Position numbers and translations under genes: made by a program. From Candidatus Heimdallarchaeota archaeon (GTDB lineage: Archaea; Asgardarchaeota; Heimdallarchaeia; Hodarchaeales; Hodarchaeaceae): 27,681 nucleotides of DNA. The stretch is taken from contig CP070665.1 in the NCBI GenBank assembly GCA_020351745.1, forward strand, positions 1,180,129 through 1,207,809, given 5' to 3'. Below the pieces are notes generated by a model, which saw nothing but the letters and a program-made list of their open reading frames with translations, did no database searches and was not told the origin of the DNA. Positions within the stretch are counted from its first letter, which is position 1. Every line of letters begins with the position of its first letter. Positions 1-8,858 of this stretch are shown here, one piece after another.

Positions 1-467
1 AGCTTCAATCTGACTTGTCAGCAGAAAAAAATAAGTTAGGAATATTAGAAACCGAAAAGACCAACCAAACAACTACTCATCATTCATTAGAATTAGAACT
101 TGCATCATTACAAACTATTCATGATGAACTAAAACCACAGTTTGAAAACCGCATGAAAATCATTAACCAAGAATTTGAACGATTAAAAAAGGAAAAAAAT
201 CTAATTGCAAATAGATTCCAGGCAATTCGGATTCTTTGTTCCAAAGACTACATCCAAAGTCCTGAGGTGGGATTGGTAAAATTCTTGGCTAAAAAGCCAA
301 GTCCAAACTCCACTATAACAGAAATTCGTTCAGCATTAGGTATGGATCTGAATACATTGAATTCAGTCTTAAATGGATTAGCTGTCAGAAAAGTTCTTGA
401 CTTCAACGAATCGACAGGAAATATCACACTCGTAACTAAAATTGATTTATTTGACAGGGAGGTTTAA
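1..467 (+). CDS. coiled-coil protein with C-terminal winged-helix-like domain (5' partial)
   Basis: The frame is open to the window edge with no upstream stop, and the first listed start is only a TTG at 15. The N-terminal part is K/E/L/Q-rich and heptad-like. The C-terminal segment LVKFLAKKPSPNSTITEIRSALGMDLNTLNSVLNGLAVRKVLDFNESTGNITLV reads as an HTH plus wing. The stop at 465-467 lies 2 nt before the next ATG. Confidence 0.6.
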   Translation, partial: LQSDLSAEKNKLGILETEKTNQTTTHHSLELELASLQTIHDELKPQFENRMKIINQEFERLKKEKNLIANRFQAIRILCSKDYIQSPEVGLVKFLAKKPSPNSTITEIRSALGMDLNTLNSVLNGLAVRKVLDFNESTGNITLVTKIDLFDREV

Positions 468-469
468 TC

Positions 470-1204
470 ATGGATACAGATACTTTAAGAGAAAAATTCA
501 TCAGAAGTGAAGAAGCGCTGAGTCGCTTGGCTGATGATACGAAGCAGTTAGTCTTCACTCGTGTTCAAGATTTACGTGGGTCAAAAGATTATCTTGAAAC
601 TCTCATTAAAGAGAAGGAAGCCGTTGATACTCAGATCACAGAACATGAAGCAAAGATTTCTTCCCTTCAAGATGAAATTAATAACCAAGCAAATCTAAAG
701 GATGATCTGGTTAGAAAACAAGCAAGCACTGCTCAGGAGCTAGAAGCAAAAAAAGTGAGGGTAGAAGAACTTCAAATCGAGAAAACCAAGAAGGATGAAG
801 ATCTTCAAACTATTAATACTAAAATTACAAATATCAAATCTGAAATTTCTCAAAAAAGAGAAAAAATTGCTACTTTAACAAAAACCAATAAAGATCTTGA
901 AATGAAGCTGAAAACCGAAATTGACACAAAAGAAGCCGAGAATAATGAACTAAAAAATGAACTTGAAACGCTGAAATCAGACAATGCGGTCATTTCGTTT
1001 CTCCTAGAAGAATCAGCTGAAGATATTCCTGAAGTAGACATTCTTGCAGCAGTAATGAATCTAGAACGAACCACAAAAGAGCAATTGAAAGAAACACTTG
1101 AAGGACAGATCTCTCCAGTAATAATTACTCGCACTCTTGGGCGTATGGCTGAAAAGAATTTACTTAACTATGATGAATCAAACGATATCATCTCCTTCCG
1201 ATAA
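470..1204 (+). CDS. coiled-coil protein with C-terminal winged-helix-like domain (paralogous architecture to the upstream ORF)
   Basis: ATG at 470 is preceded by GGGAGG (457-462). About 170 aa are charged coiled-coil sequence (EELQIEKTKKDEDLQTINTKITNIKSEISQKREKIATL...). The C-terminus ILAAVMNLERTTKEQLKETLEGQISPVIITRTLGRMAEKNLLNYDESNDIISF looks like a wHTH. No specific family was recognised. Confidence 0.65.
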   Translation: MDTDTLREKFIRSEEALSRLADDTKQLVFTRVQDLRGSKDYLETLIKEKEAVDTQITEHEAKISSLQDEINNQANLKDDLVRKQASTAQELEAKKVRVEELQIEKTKKDEDLQTINTKITNIKSEISQKREKIATLTKTNKDLEMKLKTEIDTKEAENNELKNELETLKSDNAVISFLLEESAEDIPEVDILAAVMNLERTTKEQLKETLEGQISPVIITRTLGRMAEKNLLNYDESNDIISFR

Positions 1205-1228
1205 GAAGCTTAAGGGGATGTATTCTAT

Positions 1229-2257
1229 TTGTCAACAGTTTTAACGAAAGAGAATGAATGGATATTTTATAGATCCCTGAAATCAGGAAATTTACAGTGT
1301 ATAGCCTGCCCCAGACATTGCCAACTTTCAGATAACGAAATTGGTTGGTGTGGGGCACGGATCAACAAAGACGGAAGAATTATCCCCCGCACTTACGGTT
1401 TAATTTCATCACTTGCAATTGATCCCATTGAAAAGAAACCACTTTATCATTTTCTTCCAGGAACTGGTATCTTATCAATTGGCTCCCATGGATGTAATAT
1501 GGGTTGTATCCATTGTCAGAATTACTCAATATCAATGAATCGAAATATTTCTTCTCTAAGAAAAATGATGCCAGAAAAACTTGTACAAACAGCTCTTGCC
1601 AAGAATATTCCATCGATAGCCTCAACCTACAATGAACCAATGATAGCTTTTGAATATGTACGGGATATTGCAGAAATTGCACATAAACACAATTTGAAGA
1701 TGGCTGTTGTTGACAATGGCTATATTACAAAGAGATTAGCTGAAAAACTGGGGAAATTGATCGATGCGGCAAATATTGATGTTAAAGGATTTTCCTCTGA
1801 CTTTTATAAGGAAATTTGCAGTTCACCTTCATGGAAACCAGTATTAAAAACTTGTGAGATCTTTCATGAACTGGGGGTTCACCTAGAGATTACAAACTTG
1901 GTAATTCCAACAAAAAATGACTCAATTGATATGATCAAAGATATGTGTGAATGGATTGTGAACAATCTAAGTCCTAATGTGCCTTTGCATTTCTCACGTT
2001 TCCATCCGGATTATAAACTTCGTAATTTGCCTTTCACACCCATTGAAACATTAGAAGCAGCATATAGTGTTGCAAAGGATGTTGGTCTGAATTACGTCTA
2101 TTTAGGAAATGTGAGGAGTCGTAAGGGTAATGATACTTATTGTCATCAATGTAACCATCTTTTAATTCAACGATCGGGGTTCTATACATCGATCCAAGAT
2201 TTAGCGGATGGAAAATGTAATAAATGCCAGACCACCATTCCTGGTGTTTTTTCCTGA
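1229..2257 (+). CDS. amrS: AmmeMemoRadiSam-system radical SAM enzyme (PflA-like activase fold)
   Basis: It has the N-terminal Cys cluster CIACPRHCQLSDNEIGWCGAR. DPIEKKPLYHFLPG is followed by the radical-SAM CX3CX2C motif (GCNMGCIHCQNYSIS). A C-terminal Cys pair is present (CHQCN...CNKCQ). The only in-frame start is TTG at 1229. Confidence 0.85.
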   Translation: MSTVLTKENEWIFYRSLKSGNLQCIACPRHCQLSDNEIGWCGARINKDGRIIPRTYGLISSLAIDPIEKKPLYHFLPGTGILSIGSHGCNMGCIHCQNYSISMNRNISSLRKMMPEKLVQTALAKNIPSIASTYNEPMIAFEYVRDIAEIAHKHNLKMAVVDNGYITKRLAEKLGKLIDAANIDVKGFSSDFYKEICSSPSWKPVLKTCEIFHELGVHLEITNLVIPTKNDSIDMIKDMCEWIVNNLSPNVPLHFSRFHPDYKLRNLPFTPIETLEAAYSVAKDVGLNYVYLGNVRSRKGNDTYCHQCNHLLIQRSGFYTSIQDLADGKCNKCQTTIPGVFS

Positions 2258-2272
2258 ATTAGGCAATAACTA

Positions 2273-2719
2273 TTATGTAGTATTTACTATCAGGTAAGGA
2301 ATTTCTATTATTTTCTCGTCTAAAAGCGCAAAAATGGCTAACTTTGGATCTTGTTCTTCGTTTCCAATATTACCAATTAACCACAAGTATGGGTAAGGCC
2401 AATAACGCATAAAATTAAGATCTTTTAGGGATGGATAGAGTCTAGCTCCATCAGGATGACTATGAAATATCCCTACAAGTACTTCTCCCTTTTCTTCATG
2501 GTATTGAATCTCTTTGTACAATACTTCATAATCCAAAGAAAAACTAAAAGGTGAATCGTCTAAATTCTTCACTGATACAAAATTTTCTATTATAATTTTA
2601 TCTTCCTCATGGATTCCAAAACTAAGGCCAACACTTTCAATTGTAGGATTTTCTTTGAGAACCTGCATTATTTGATTATAAGCAGGGGTAAATATTACCA
2701 CTGTTTGTATTTGCACCAT
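2273..2719 (-). CDS. JAB/MPN (JAMM) family metalloprotease
   Basis: GIFHSHPDGARLYPSLKD matches the JAMM HxH...SxxD metal site. It has 8 rather than the usual 7 residues between HxH and Ser. A candidate upstream catalytic Glu is present (ESVGLSFG). At 148 aa it is the size of stand-alone archaeal JAMM proteins. Confidence 0.75.
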   Translation of the reverse strand: MVQIQTVVIFTPAYNQIMQVLKENPTIESVGLSFGIHEEDKIIIENFVSVKNLDDSPFSFSLDYEVLYKEIQYHEEKGEVLVGIFHSHPDGARLYPSLKDLNFMRYWPYPYLWLIGNIGNEEQDPKLAIFALLDEKIIEIPYLIVNTT

Positions 2720-2907
2720 ATGATTACCCTTTTCTCGAATCTAATAAAGCAATTTTTCCGTTAATATAATTTAAGCATTAAGATATCTAGAAAATCACTA
2801 TAATCAAAGAATCATCAAAACGATTTGAGCTTTGTTGTAAAGTCCATCCATCCAACATTAAACCTTATTACATGAGTTCTAGGAATATACCAGTCACCTG
2901 CTAGTCT

Positions 2908-4290
2908 TCAGGGATAGTCAGGAAGAATTTCATATTCTGATAATATTGTGGCTTTCTTACCAATATCTCCGAGAGCTTGGGAATACTTATGTTGCGCTTG
3001 AGGTTCTCCATGGATTGCATAGACCATAGAGGGCGAGCAGTAACGAACCATCTGGATTAGGCCTTCTAATGAAGAATGACCTGAAAACTCAAATCTTTTG
3101 ACTTCTAGCGCTAGATGTATTTTAAATACTTCTCCAAATCCATTATCTAATAACAGGTTCTTTTCTCCAGAAATAATATCTGACCCAAGAGTCCCTTCAA
3201 CCTGATATCCAACGATATACAGGCCATTAAGAGGATTACGTCCTCCAAATCGAAGATAATCATAAACAGGACCTCCCTCAAGCATTCCAGAGGTTGTCAG
3301 AATTATGCTTGCCTTTTCCTGAGAAACCAATTTTTCACGTTTTTTTCCTCTCCTGCCTTTATATGAAACTTCATCTACTGTTTTAAGCCCATCATGTTCA
3401 AAAGGAGTTCTATAACCTCTTTCCTTTAACTCAATGAGAATACGTGGTGAAACCCACTTTTTGTTTAGATATTTTTGATAAACTGAATTCATGTCCAAAA
3501 TCATTCCATCAATATAAAGGGGAAACTTATGAAGAAAAGAATCAAAATCGCTTGTTAAGTACGCTTGAATTTCCTGGCTTCTTCCTAATGCAAATGAGGG
3601 AATGATTGCTTTTCCGCCTCGTGAATAGCACTTTAACAATGATTTTGTTAAATCTGATGTAGCCATTTTCCTGTTACTGCTTATTTTTCGATTTGCATTC
3701 GTTGTTTCAGTTAATAACACATCAATAGGGTCATCAGGATCGGGATAAACCATTGGATCATGATAAGGAGTTTTGGCATCATTGAAGTCCCCTGTATATA
3801 AAATTCGTGTCCCTTCCCAATCAATAAGGATAGCTGCGCTTCCTAAAATGTGGCTAGCATCAATAAATTCAGCAGAAATTCCAGGTGCGATCCGAAATCT
3901 TCGATGATACTCATATGTCTTACTTTTAGCGAGAGCTGAATGTATATGAGAAATCCCATAATGATGTGGACCCTCAATTTTCAAATGATCTTTCCAGAGT
4001 ATATCCACGATCTCTTTTGTAGGTGAGGTCATAAGTACTTGACCTTGGTATCCAGCCCGATAAAGAGCTGGAACATAAGCAGAATGATCAATGTGGGCAT
4101 GAGAAAGTAAAACAGACAAGATTTCCTCGCAAAATTTATCCACCCCTTCAGGAGGTGTTGAAAGCAGGCCACTCCTCCTAGGATGGAGCTGGATGCCAGC
4201 ATCTAAGAGGATACGACGATCACCATCAGAAATCATAACACACGACTTTCCCACAGAATCAGAAGCACCGAATACCATTATTTCTAACAT
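2908..4290 (-). CDS. metallo-beta-lactamase / beta-CASP ribonuclease (aRNase J / aCPSF2-like)
   Basis: MBL motifs are present: ILLDAG, HAHIDHSAYVP (HxHxDH), DASHILGSA and YTGDFN. Beta-CASP motifs are present: LLTETTNA (A), FSGHSS (B) and AIHGEP (C). The 460-aa length and lack of KH domains argue against aCPSF1. Confidence 0.8.
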   Translation of the reverse strand: MLEIMVFGASDSVGKSCVMISDGDRRILLDAGIQLHPRRSGLLSTPPEGVDKFCEEILSVLLSHAHIDHSAYVPALYRAGYQGQVLMTSPTKEIVDILWKDHLKIEGPHHYGISHIHSALAKSKTYEYHRRFRIAPGISAEFIDASHILGSAAILIDWEGTRILYTGDFNDAKTPYHDPMVYPDPDDPIDVLLTETTNANRKISSNRKMATSDLTKSLLKCYSRGGKAIIPSFALGRSQEIQAYLTSDFDSFLHKFPLYIDGMILDMNSVYQKYLNKKWVSPRILIELKERGYRTPFEHDGLKTVDEVSYKGRRGKKREKLVSQEKASIILTTSGMLEGGPVYDYLRFGGRNPLNGLYIVGYQVEGTLGSDIISGEKNLLLDNGFGEVFKIHLALEVKRFEFSGHSSLEGLIQMVRYCSPSMVYAIHGEPQAQHKYSQALGDIGKKATILSEYEILPDYP

Positions 4291-4578
4291 ATTTCGTTTG
4301 GTCTCCGAAAATATTTTTTAGTCTACGACATTAAAATTCCTTCTGGGAAAGAAATTTTGTGCTTTGCCTTCAGATAACAGTAAGTTTCGAAAAATGCATT
4401 CAAAGGTATTTCTCCGCTGTAAATGGTATTTTGACGAATAACAATAGGAAAATAAAGCAAAAAAGCCTATCTTGTGACATTTTATCGATTAACCGAGAAA
4501 ACTACCTACAAATACGAATAAGGAATAGATTTTGAATTGAAAAACTGCCTTCTTCTAAGGAAAAGTCTAAAAGGGAAT

Positions 4579-5316
4579 ATGATATACTTATCCAATCGAG
4601 TGAAGATGGCAGTTGATCCTCAGCAAGTACCTATTTCAGGAATACCAATCGGTATTTTTTTAATGTTCATTGGTTCTTTATTTGACCAACCAGTTATATA
4701 CAACATTGGATTCCTCATATTTCTCGGTTCTATTGTAATTGTATTTGTACAATGGTTGGTAAGTGGAGGAGTTGCTGAGTTACTTAATTGGCTTCCAATA
4801 ATTATGATTCTGGCAATTGTCCTGACATTGAGCAGTGATTTTGTATCACGATCCGAAGAAACCCAGCTGTTCACTTGGCCCTTGATTATATTCGTATTAA
4901 TCATCATTATTGCATTCTTTAGTACACAGGGGGGAGATTTAAGTTTTATTATGCCTTTTTTACCCATAGTCCTTGGTATAGGAATTTTAGGAGTTGCAGG
5001 GGGCTTGGTACTGTGGAATGATGCCATTCGCGGGTTAGCGTATAGTATTGGTTTCTTAGGGATTTTAATAATGCTAATTTGGTTTAGAGTTCGCGGATCA
5101 CAAAAAATGATTCCTGTAGCAGGGGAACGCACACATTTGATTGGCATGAATGGAATAACAATTTCAGTAATCACTCCCACTCAGGAGGGAAAGGTGAAGT
5201 TAGGTAGTGCAATTTGGAAGGCACACTCTGATAGACCAATTAATGAGAATGAGGCAATTAAAGTCGTCGGAATCGCTGAAGATCAACTTATCCTTAAGGT
5301 GGAACCACTAAAATGA
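4579..5316 (+). CDS. NfeD-like membrane protein (multi-TM N-part plus C-terminal OB-fold)
   Basis: Several hydrophobic helices are followed by GKVKLGSAIWKAHSDRPINENEAIKVVGIAEDQLILKVEP, typical of the NfeD C-terminal beta-barrel. The start is uncertain: TTG 4537, ATG 4579 (preceded by AAGGGA) and ATG 4606 are all in frame. No SPFH/stomatin partner is adjacent. Confidence 0.7.
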   Translation: MIYLSNRVKMAVDPQQVPISGIPIGIFLMFIGSLFDQPVIYNIGFLIFLGSIVIVFVQWLVSGGVAELLNWLPIIMILAIVLTLSSDFVSRSEETQLFTWPLIIFVLIIIIAFFSTQGGDLSFIMPFLPIVLGIGILGVAGGLVLWNDAIRGLAYSIGFLGILIMLIWFRVRGSQKMIPVAGERTHLIGMNGITISVITPTQEGKVKLGSAIWKAHSDRPINENEAIKVVGIAEDQLILKVEPLK

Positions 5317-5424
5317 TTATTTGTGGTAACCATTAAATGAAAAATTTGACAGAATTCTTTTATCAATTGCTACAAAATCAAACAAAACTACAAATTAATC
5401 AAAAATAACACATAAAACCATACT

Positions 5425-5498
5425 GGGCCGGTGGTCTAGCTCGGTATGACGCGTCCCTCACACGGACGAGGACACTAGTTCAAATCTGGTCCGGCCCA
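5425..5498 (+). tRNA. tRNA-Val (anticodon CAC), no encoded CCA
   Basis: A hand-folded cloverleaf works throughout. Acceptor stem GGGCCGG/CCGGCCC with discriminator A; D arm GTCT-AGCTCGGTA-TGAC. Anticodon stem CGTCC/GGACG with loop CTCACAC; variable loop AGGAC. T arm ACTAG-TTCAAAT-CTGGT. An A/T-rich TATA-like run lies about 20 nt upstream. Confidence 0.9.
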
Positions 5499-5606
5499 CT
5501 ACTTATTTACTTTGTATAATATGATTTGCAATAAATTGGATCATTACTATTTAATATTCGATTAGATCAGTATATAGGTTCGCCTCATCCTTTATTTTCG
5601 CTGGCT

Positions 5607-5648
5607 CTCACACGGCGGGAATCGATGGTTCAAATCCGTCCCGACCCA
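5607..5648 (+). tRNA. orphan tRNA 3'-half-like element (positions 32-73 only; anticodon-loop sequence CTCACAC)
   Basis: The order is loop CTCACAC, stem strand GGCGG, variable GAATC, an intact T arm GATGG-TTCAAAT-CCGTC, acceptor 3' strand CCGACCC and discriminator A. Spacing is identical to the 3' part of the neighbouring tRNA-Val. No matching 5' acceptor strand (GGGT[CT]GG) or D arm lies upstream or elsewhere in the window. TATATA at 5571-5576 sits about 25 nt before 5600. Confidence 0.45.
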
Positions 5649-5677
5649 TTGGCAACTTTTGCATATACTGAATTTTC

Positions 5678-7885
5678 TTATGAGTCAAACGCTTCCAAAA
5701 TGTAAGAATAGATATCCTTTTCTTTACCTTTCGATACTTGTTGTAATCTTCTAACGATCAATTCTGGAGTTGATTTGGCGTATTTATAGTATATTGGAGT
5801 TCTATTCACTATTAGTTCTAGATCTTCTGACAGTCCATGTGCTTCAATCCCATCGATCCGTAGCTTTTCTTTACTATATTTGGCTATTAATTGTGCTAGG
5901 TGAGTCACAAATACTCCAACAGAATCTGAAGATCGGCCTAACAAATCTAAGAATGCTGCTATTACCCGGGCTGATGCACCTGGTTCTGACATACTCTCCA
6001 TTTCGTCAGCTAATACCAATCTTGAATGTGGGCTCATTATCATTTGCGATAATGTCTGTAATGTGGTTTCAAAAGCGCCCGCATCCATCTGTCCAGAGGC
6101 CTTGCGATAGTAGTGTAACTCTTTGAAACCCCCAATAGATCCTTTTTTACATGGAATGGGAAGACCCATTTGCCCAAGAATTACCATCACTGCGATAGAA
6201 ACAATTAATGTTGTTTTTCCTCCACTATTAGCCCCTGACAAAAGAATAATTCTTTCCCCATTGACACTACCAGCAATCTTACCAAGTTCTCCTATTGCAT
6301 AAGATACAGGTTCAACATGTAAGACTCCCCGCTGTTCTTGCTGGATTAAAAACAAGTTTCGACCATCTTCCACGAGTAATCCTGTACCCTGTCCCTCAAC
6401 AAGTCGTGGTAAAACCAAATTATACGAAAGAGTAAACTTTCCAATCATTAAATGGTAATCCAATTCTAACATATAGTTTAACGCCGATTTAGCTATATCC
6501 TCAAATTGTTTTAGGGATTTAGCTAGTGTTACTTTTAGTTCAAAAGACTTAATCGCTCGTCTTTGGCGTAAATAATTTTTAATCCGATTTACTACCTCGT
6601 CAACTGGATCAACAGGATACCTCAATTCTCTTGGAAAAATACCGACAAGGAAGTCAATTTCATCGCTTTTCAAATCTAATCTTTTTATGAGTTTTTCTTC
6701 TGCTCTTGTGATTATTTCTTCAACTGCTAAATACAACTCATCATCAAGGTACTCACGAAGTTCTGCTTTCCCAGTGTCTCCTGAGTATCTACGATCCTCT
6801 TCGGTTATCCCTTTGAGAAGAGCAAGGATCTTTTCTCCTTCTAAGTGAACAGTTGTATCCTGAAGCTTTTTTTCTAGTTCTTCATTTAATCCAATCAAAA
6901 CTTCACTTAATTTGTTTTCAAAGGTTTGTTCCGCCCTTAAAAGACGTGAATACTCCTCGTTAAACTTTTGTGTTGGTTCACCTGATTCTTCTAGATTTAC
7001 GAGCTCATTCCCCATTTTTATAAGCATTTCAAGGTTGATTTCGCCAAGAAGCGCAGTTAATTCCAACGAAGGGAGTGTTTGAAGTAATTGAGCCATTCTA
7101 GAAATTGATTCAAGGGCTATTTTATTCCGAGCAAAGAAACCAAGTATTTTTTCTGGGATAATCTGAATTAAATCATTACGCTGACTCTCTGAAATTGTGA
7201 TTGTATTAGACAGCTCTTCTTCAATCAATATATCTGAACCAATCCAAATAACTTCATCATAACCTCCAATGATTTCTGAAACCTGTTCAGATTCTTCGAT
7301 TAAGAGGATTTCACAATGATTCCCAACTTCATTAGCTGTTAGCTCTTCATAAATCTCCCTATCAGCAGTTGCAATGATTCGCGATGCTGTATCTAGTTGG
7401 TTAACCTGTTCTTTAAGAGGTGAGAGATTTCTGAGCAATATGTCGTAATCTTTGAAAGAATAAGGAGAAGCTTGTATTAAAGTGACCAATTTTTGTGCCC
7501 GATGGGTAGTTTCTTGCCTCTCCCGAATTTTTTCCAAAGCTGTAATTGGTAAAGGAAAAAACAAGTATAATTTTGATCTGGAGTAAATGGTATTGGCAAA
7601 TTTTGAAATAATATCTGTTGTTCGGTTGTAAAGTAAAATAGCGTCTTCTGTCTTAAGAAAATTCTGTATCCGTTCACCAGTCTCCTGAAAATGAAGGTTA
7701 CGACATAAACTTAAGGCAAACCGCTCACCAATTCCCTCGATAGAGGATATTTCTGCTATTCTGGATTCACGTAATGCCGTGAGAGCAGCCATTTCGCCCC
7801 CAAAATATACTTTCAGTTTTTCTTCAACTGAAGGGCCAATTCCACGTATTTCTCGAAGATTTATTACACTCAAAGTAGGTTCCAT
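5678..7885 (-). CDS. MutS-related ABC-type ATPase (MutS domain V only) with N-terminal helix-hairpin-helix motifs
   Basis: The C-terminal region has the MutS-type P-loop LLSGANSGGKTTLIVSIA, then GAFETTLQ, Walker B VLADEMESMSEPG and FVTHL. The N-terminus carries HhH-like LREIRGIGPSVEEKL and IEGIGERFA. A long helical middle region is present, and no mismatch-recognition or Smr domain was recognised. Confidence 0.75.
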   Translation of the reverse strand: MEPTLSVINLREIRGIGPSVEEKLKVYFGGEMAALTALRESRIAEISSIEGIGERFALSLCRNLHFQETGERIQNFLKTEDAILLYNRTTDIISKFANTIYSRSKLYLFFPLPITALEKIRERQETTHRAQKLVTLIQASPYSFKDYDILLRNLSPLKEQVNQLDTASRIIATADREIYEELTANEVGNHCEILLIEESEQVSEIIGGYDEVIWIGSDILIEEELSNTITISESQRNDLIQIIPEKILGFFARNKIALESISRMAQLLQTLPSLELTALLGEINLEMLIKMGNELVNLEESGEPTQKFNEEYSRLLRAEQTFENKLSEVLIGLNEELEKKLQDTTVHLEGEKILALLKGITEEDRRYSGDTGKAELREYLDDELYLAVEEIITRAEEKLIKRLDLKSDEIDFLVGIFPRELRYPVDPVDEVVNRIKNYLRQRRAIKSFELKVTLAKSLKQFEDIAKSALNYMLELDYHLMIGKFTLSYNLVLPRLVEGQGTGLLVEDGRNLFLIQQEQRGVLHVEPVSYAIGELGKIAGSVNGERIILLSGANSGGKTTLIVSIAVMVILGQMGLPIPCKKGSIGGFKELHYYRKASGQMDAGAFETTLQTLSQMIMSPHSRLVLADEMESMSEPGASARVIAAFLDLLGRSSDSVGVFVTHLAQLIAKYSKEKLRIDGIEAHGLSEDLELIVNRTPIYYKYAKSTPELIVRRLQQVSKGKEKDIYSYILEAFDS

Positions 7886-7946
7886 TCATATTTGATAGTT
7901 AATTTGAGAGAGTTTTGAATTACCTTTATGCCTTTTTTCTGAGTCT

Positions 7947-8858
7947 TTAGATTTTTGTGATTCTTTCTGCTGTGACTAGCTCAATGAATTTATGAACCTC
8001 TGAATATGAACAATGATCAGAATAAGGAAAAAAGTGCACATCTAAACGTTTTTTACGTAAGCGTGCGGACCAACCGGTAGGAGAGATTCGCAATGCATCT
8101 GACATTTTAGCTTGATTTTGCTTTTTAATTCCATACAATCCCTCTACCATTCTACGACTTCCAACAAACACTCCTGAATCTGTATCATTAGTGAAAATAT
8201 CCCATTCTCCTCCAATTTCTTTGTAGACTCGAACCTTCTGATCTAAAGCCCAAATCTTTATTTTCAACGCTTCGCTAATTGTCTTAAGTAACAGTTCTTT
8301 CCCTATCTGATAAGCAGAGATCCACACATCTCTTTCTGGATAGTTTTCATCCTGTAGGATTAATGAGATAATTTGTGAAATTAATACTTCCCTTGATGGA
8401 AATTGAAAAATTGGGTCTTTTCCATAAGTATAGTCAACCCAGAGATGATTAGCTCCTTTAATCAAACTAAGTTCATCAAGAATTGGTGATCCTAGCCTAA
8501 AATCACCTGTATACACCTCTTTTAATCCTTCTTTTGATTCGATGACATAAATTATACTACCCAGACAATGATTGGCATCCAATGCGTGAACAATAAATTT
8601 ATCGAAGTCTAAGGATTGATTAGGTTTAATTACAAGGCATTTTTCTTGGGGGATACCATAAAGTACCCTTATGACGGCTTCTGTTTCCTTAGAACAAACT
8701 ATCGTAGCATCAGGATCAGTTAAACTTGATTTGAGACCAGATGTATGGTCAGAGTGAGCGTGGGACAAGAAAAAATATCCTGAAGAAGGTTTCCGACGAG
8801 CGCGACGACGAAATGGGAATTCATCGAAATAACTTTGAGCAATCGTTGAAAATACCAT
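7947..8858 (-). CDS. SNM1/PSO2/Artemis-type metallo-beta-lactamase (DRMBL) nuclease
   Basis: YFFLSHAHSDHTSGL is the HxHxDH motif in the SNM1-like context F..D.F...fLtHfHsDH..GL. LDANHCLGS and YTGDFR are present. The C-terminus FPYSDHCSYSEVHKFIELV resembles the SNM1 VPYSEHSSY.E...F motif. GGAGGT lies 8 nt upstream of the ATG. The gene sits 61 nt upstream of the MutS-like gene on the same strand. Confidence 0.75.
   Translation of the reverse strand: MVFSTIAQSYFDEFPFRRRARRKPSSGYFFLSHAHSDHTSGLKSSLTDPDATIVCSKETEAVIRVLYGIPQEKCLVIKPNQSLDFDKFIVHALDANHCLGSIIYVIESKEGLKEVYTGDFRLGSPILDELSLIKGANHLWVDYTYGKDPIFQFPSREVLISQIISLILQDENYPERDVWISAYQIGKELLLKTISEALKIKIWALDQKVRVYKEIGGEWDIFTNDTDSGVFVGSRRMVEGLYGIKKQNQAKMSDALRISPTGWSARLRKKRLDVHFFPYSDHCSYSEVHKFIELVTAERITKI

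Noticed and set aside
5499-5606. The idea that tRNA-Val and the downstream 3' half form one gene with a giant intron, or share the tRNA-Val 5' half.
   Set aside because: The tRNA-Val cloverleaf is complete on its own. Its 5' anticodon-stem strand (CGTCC) cannot pair with GGCGG of the fragment, and its acceptor strand would give a C-A mismatch with CCGACCC.
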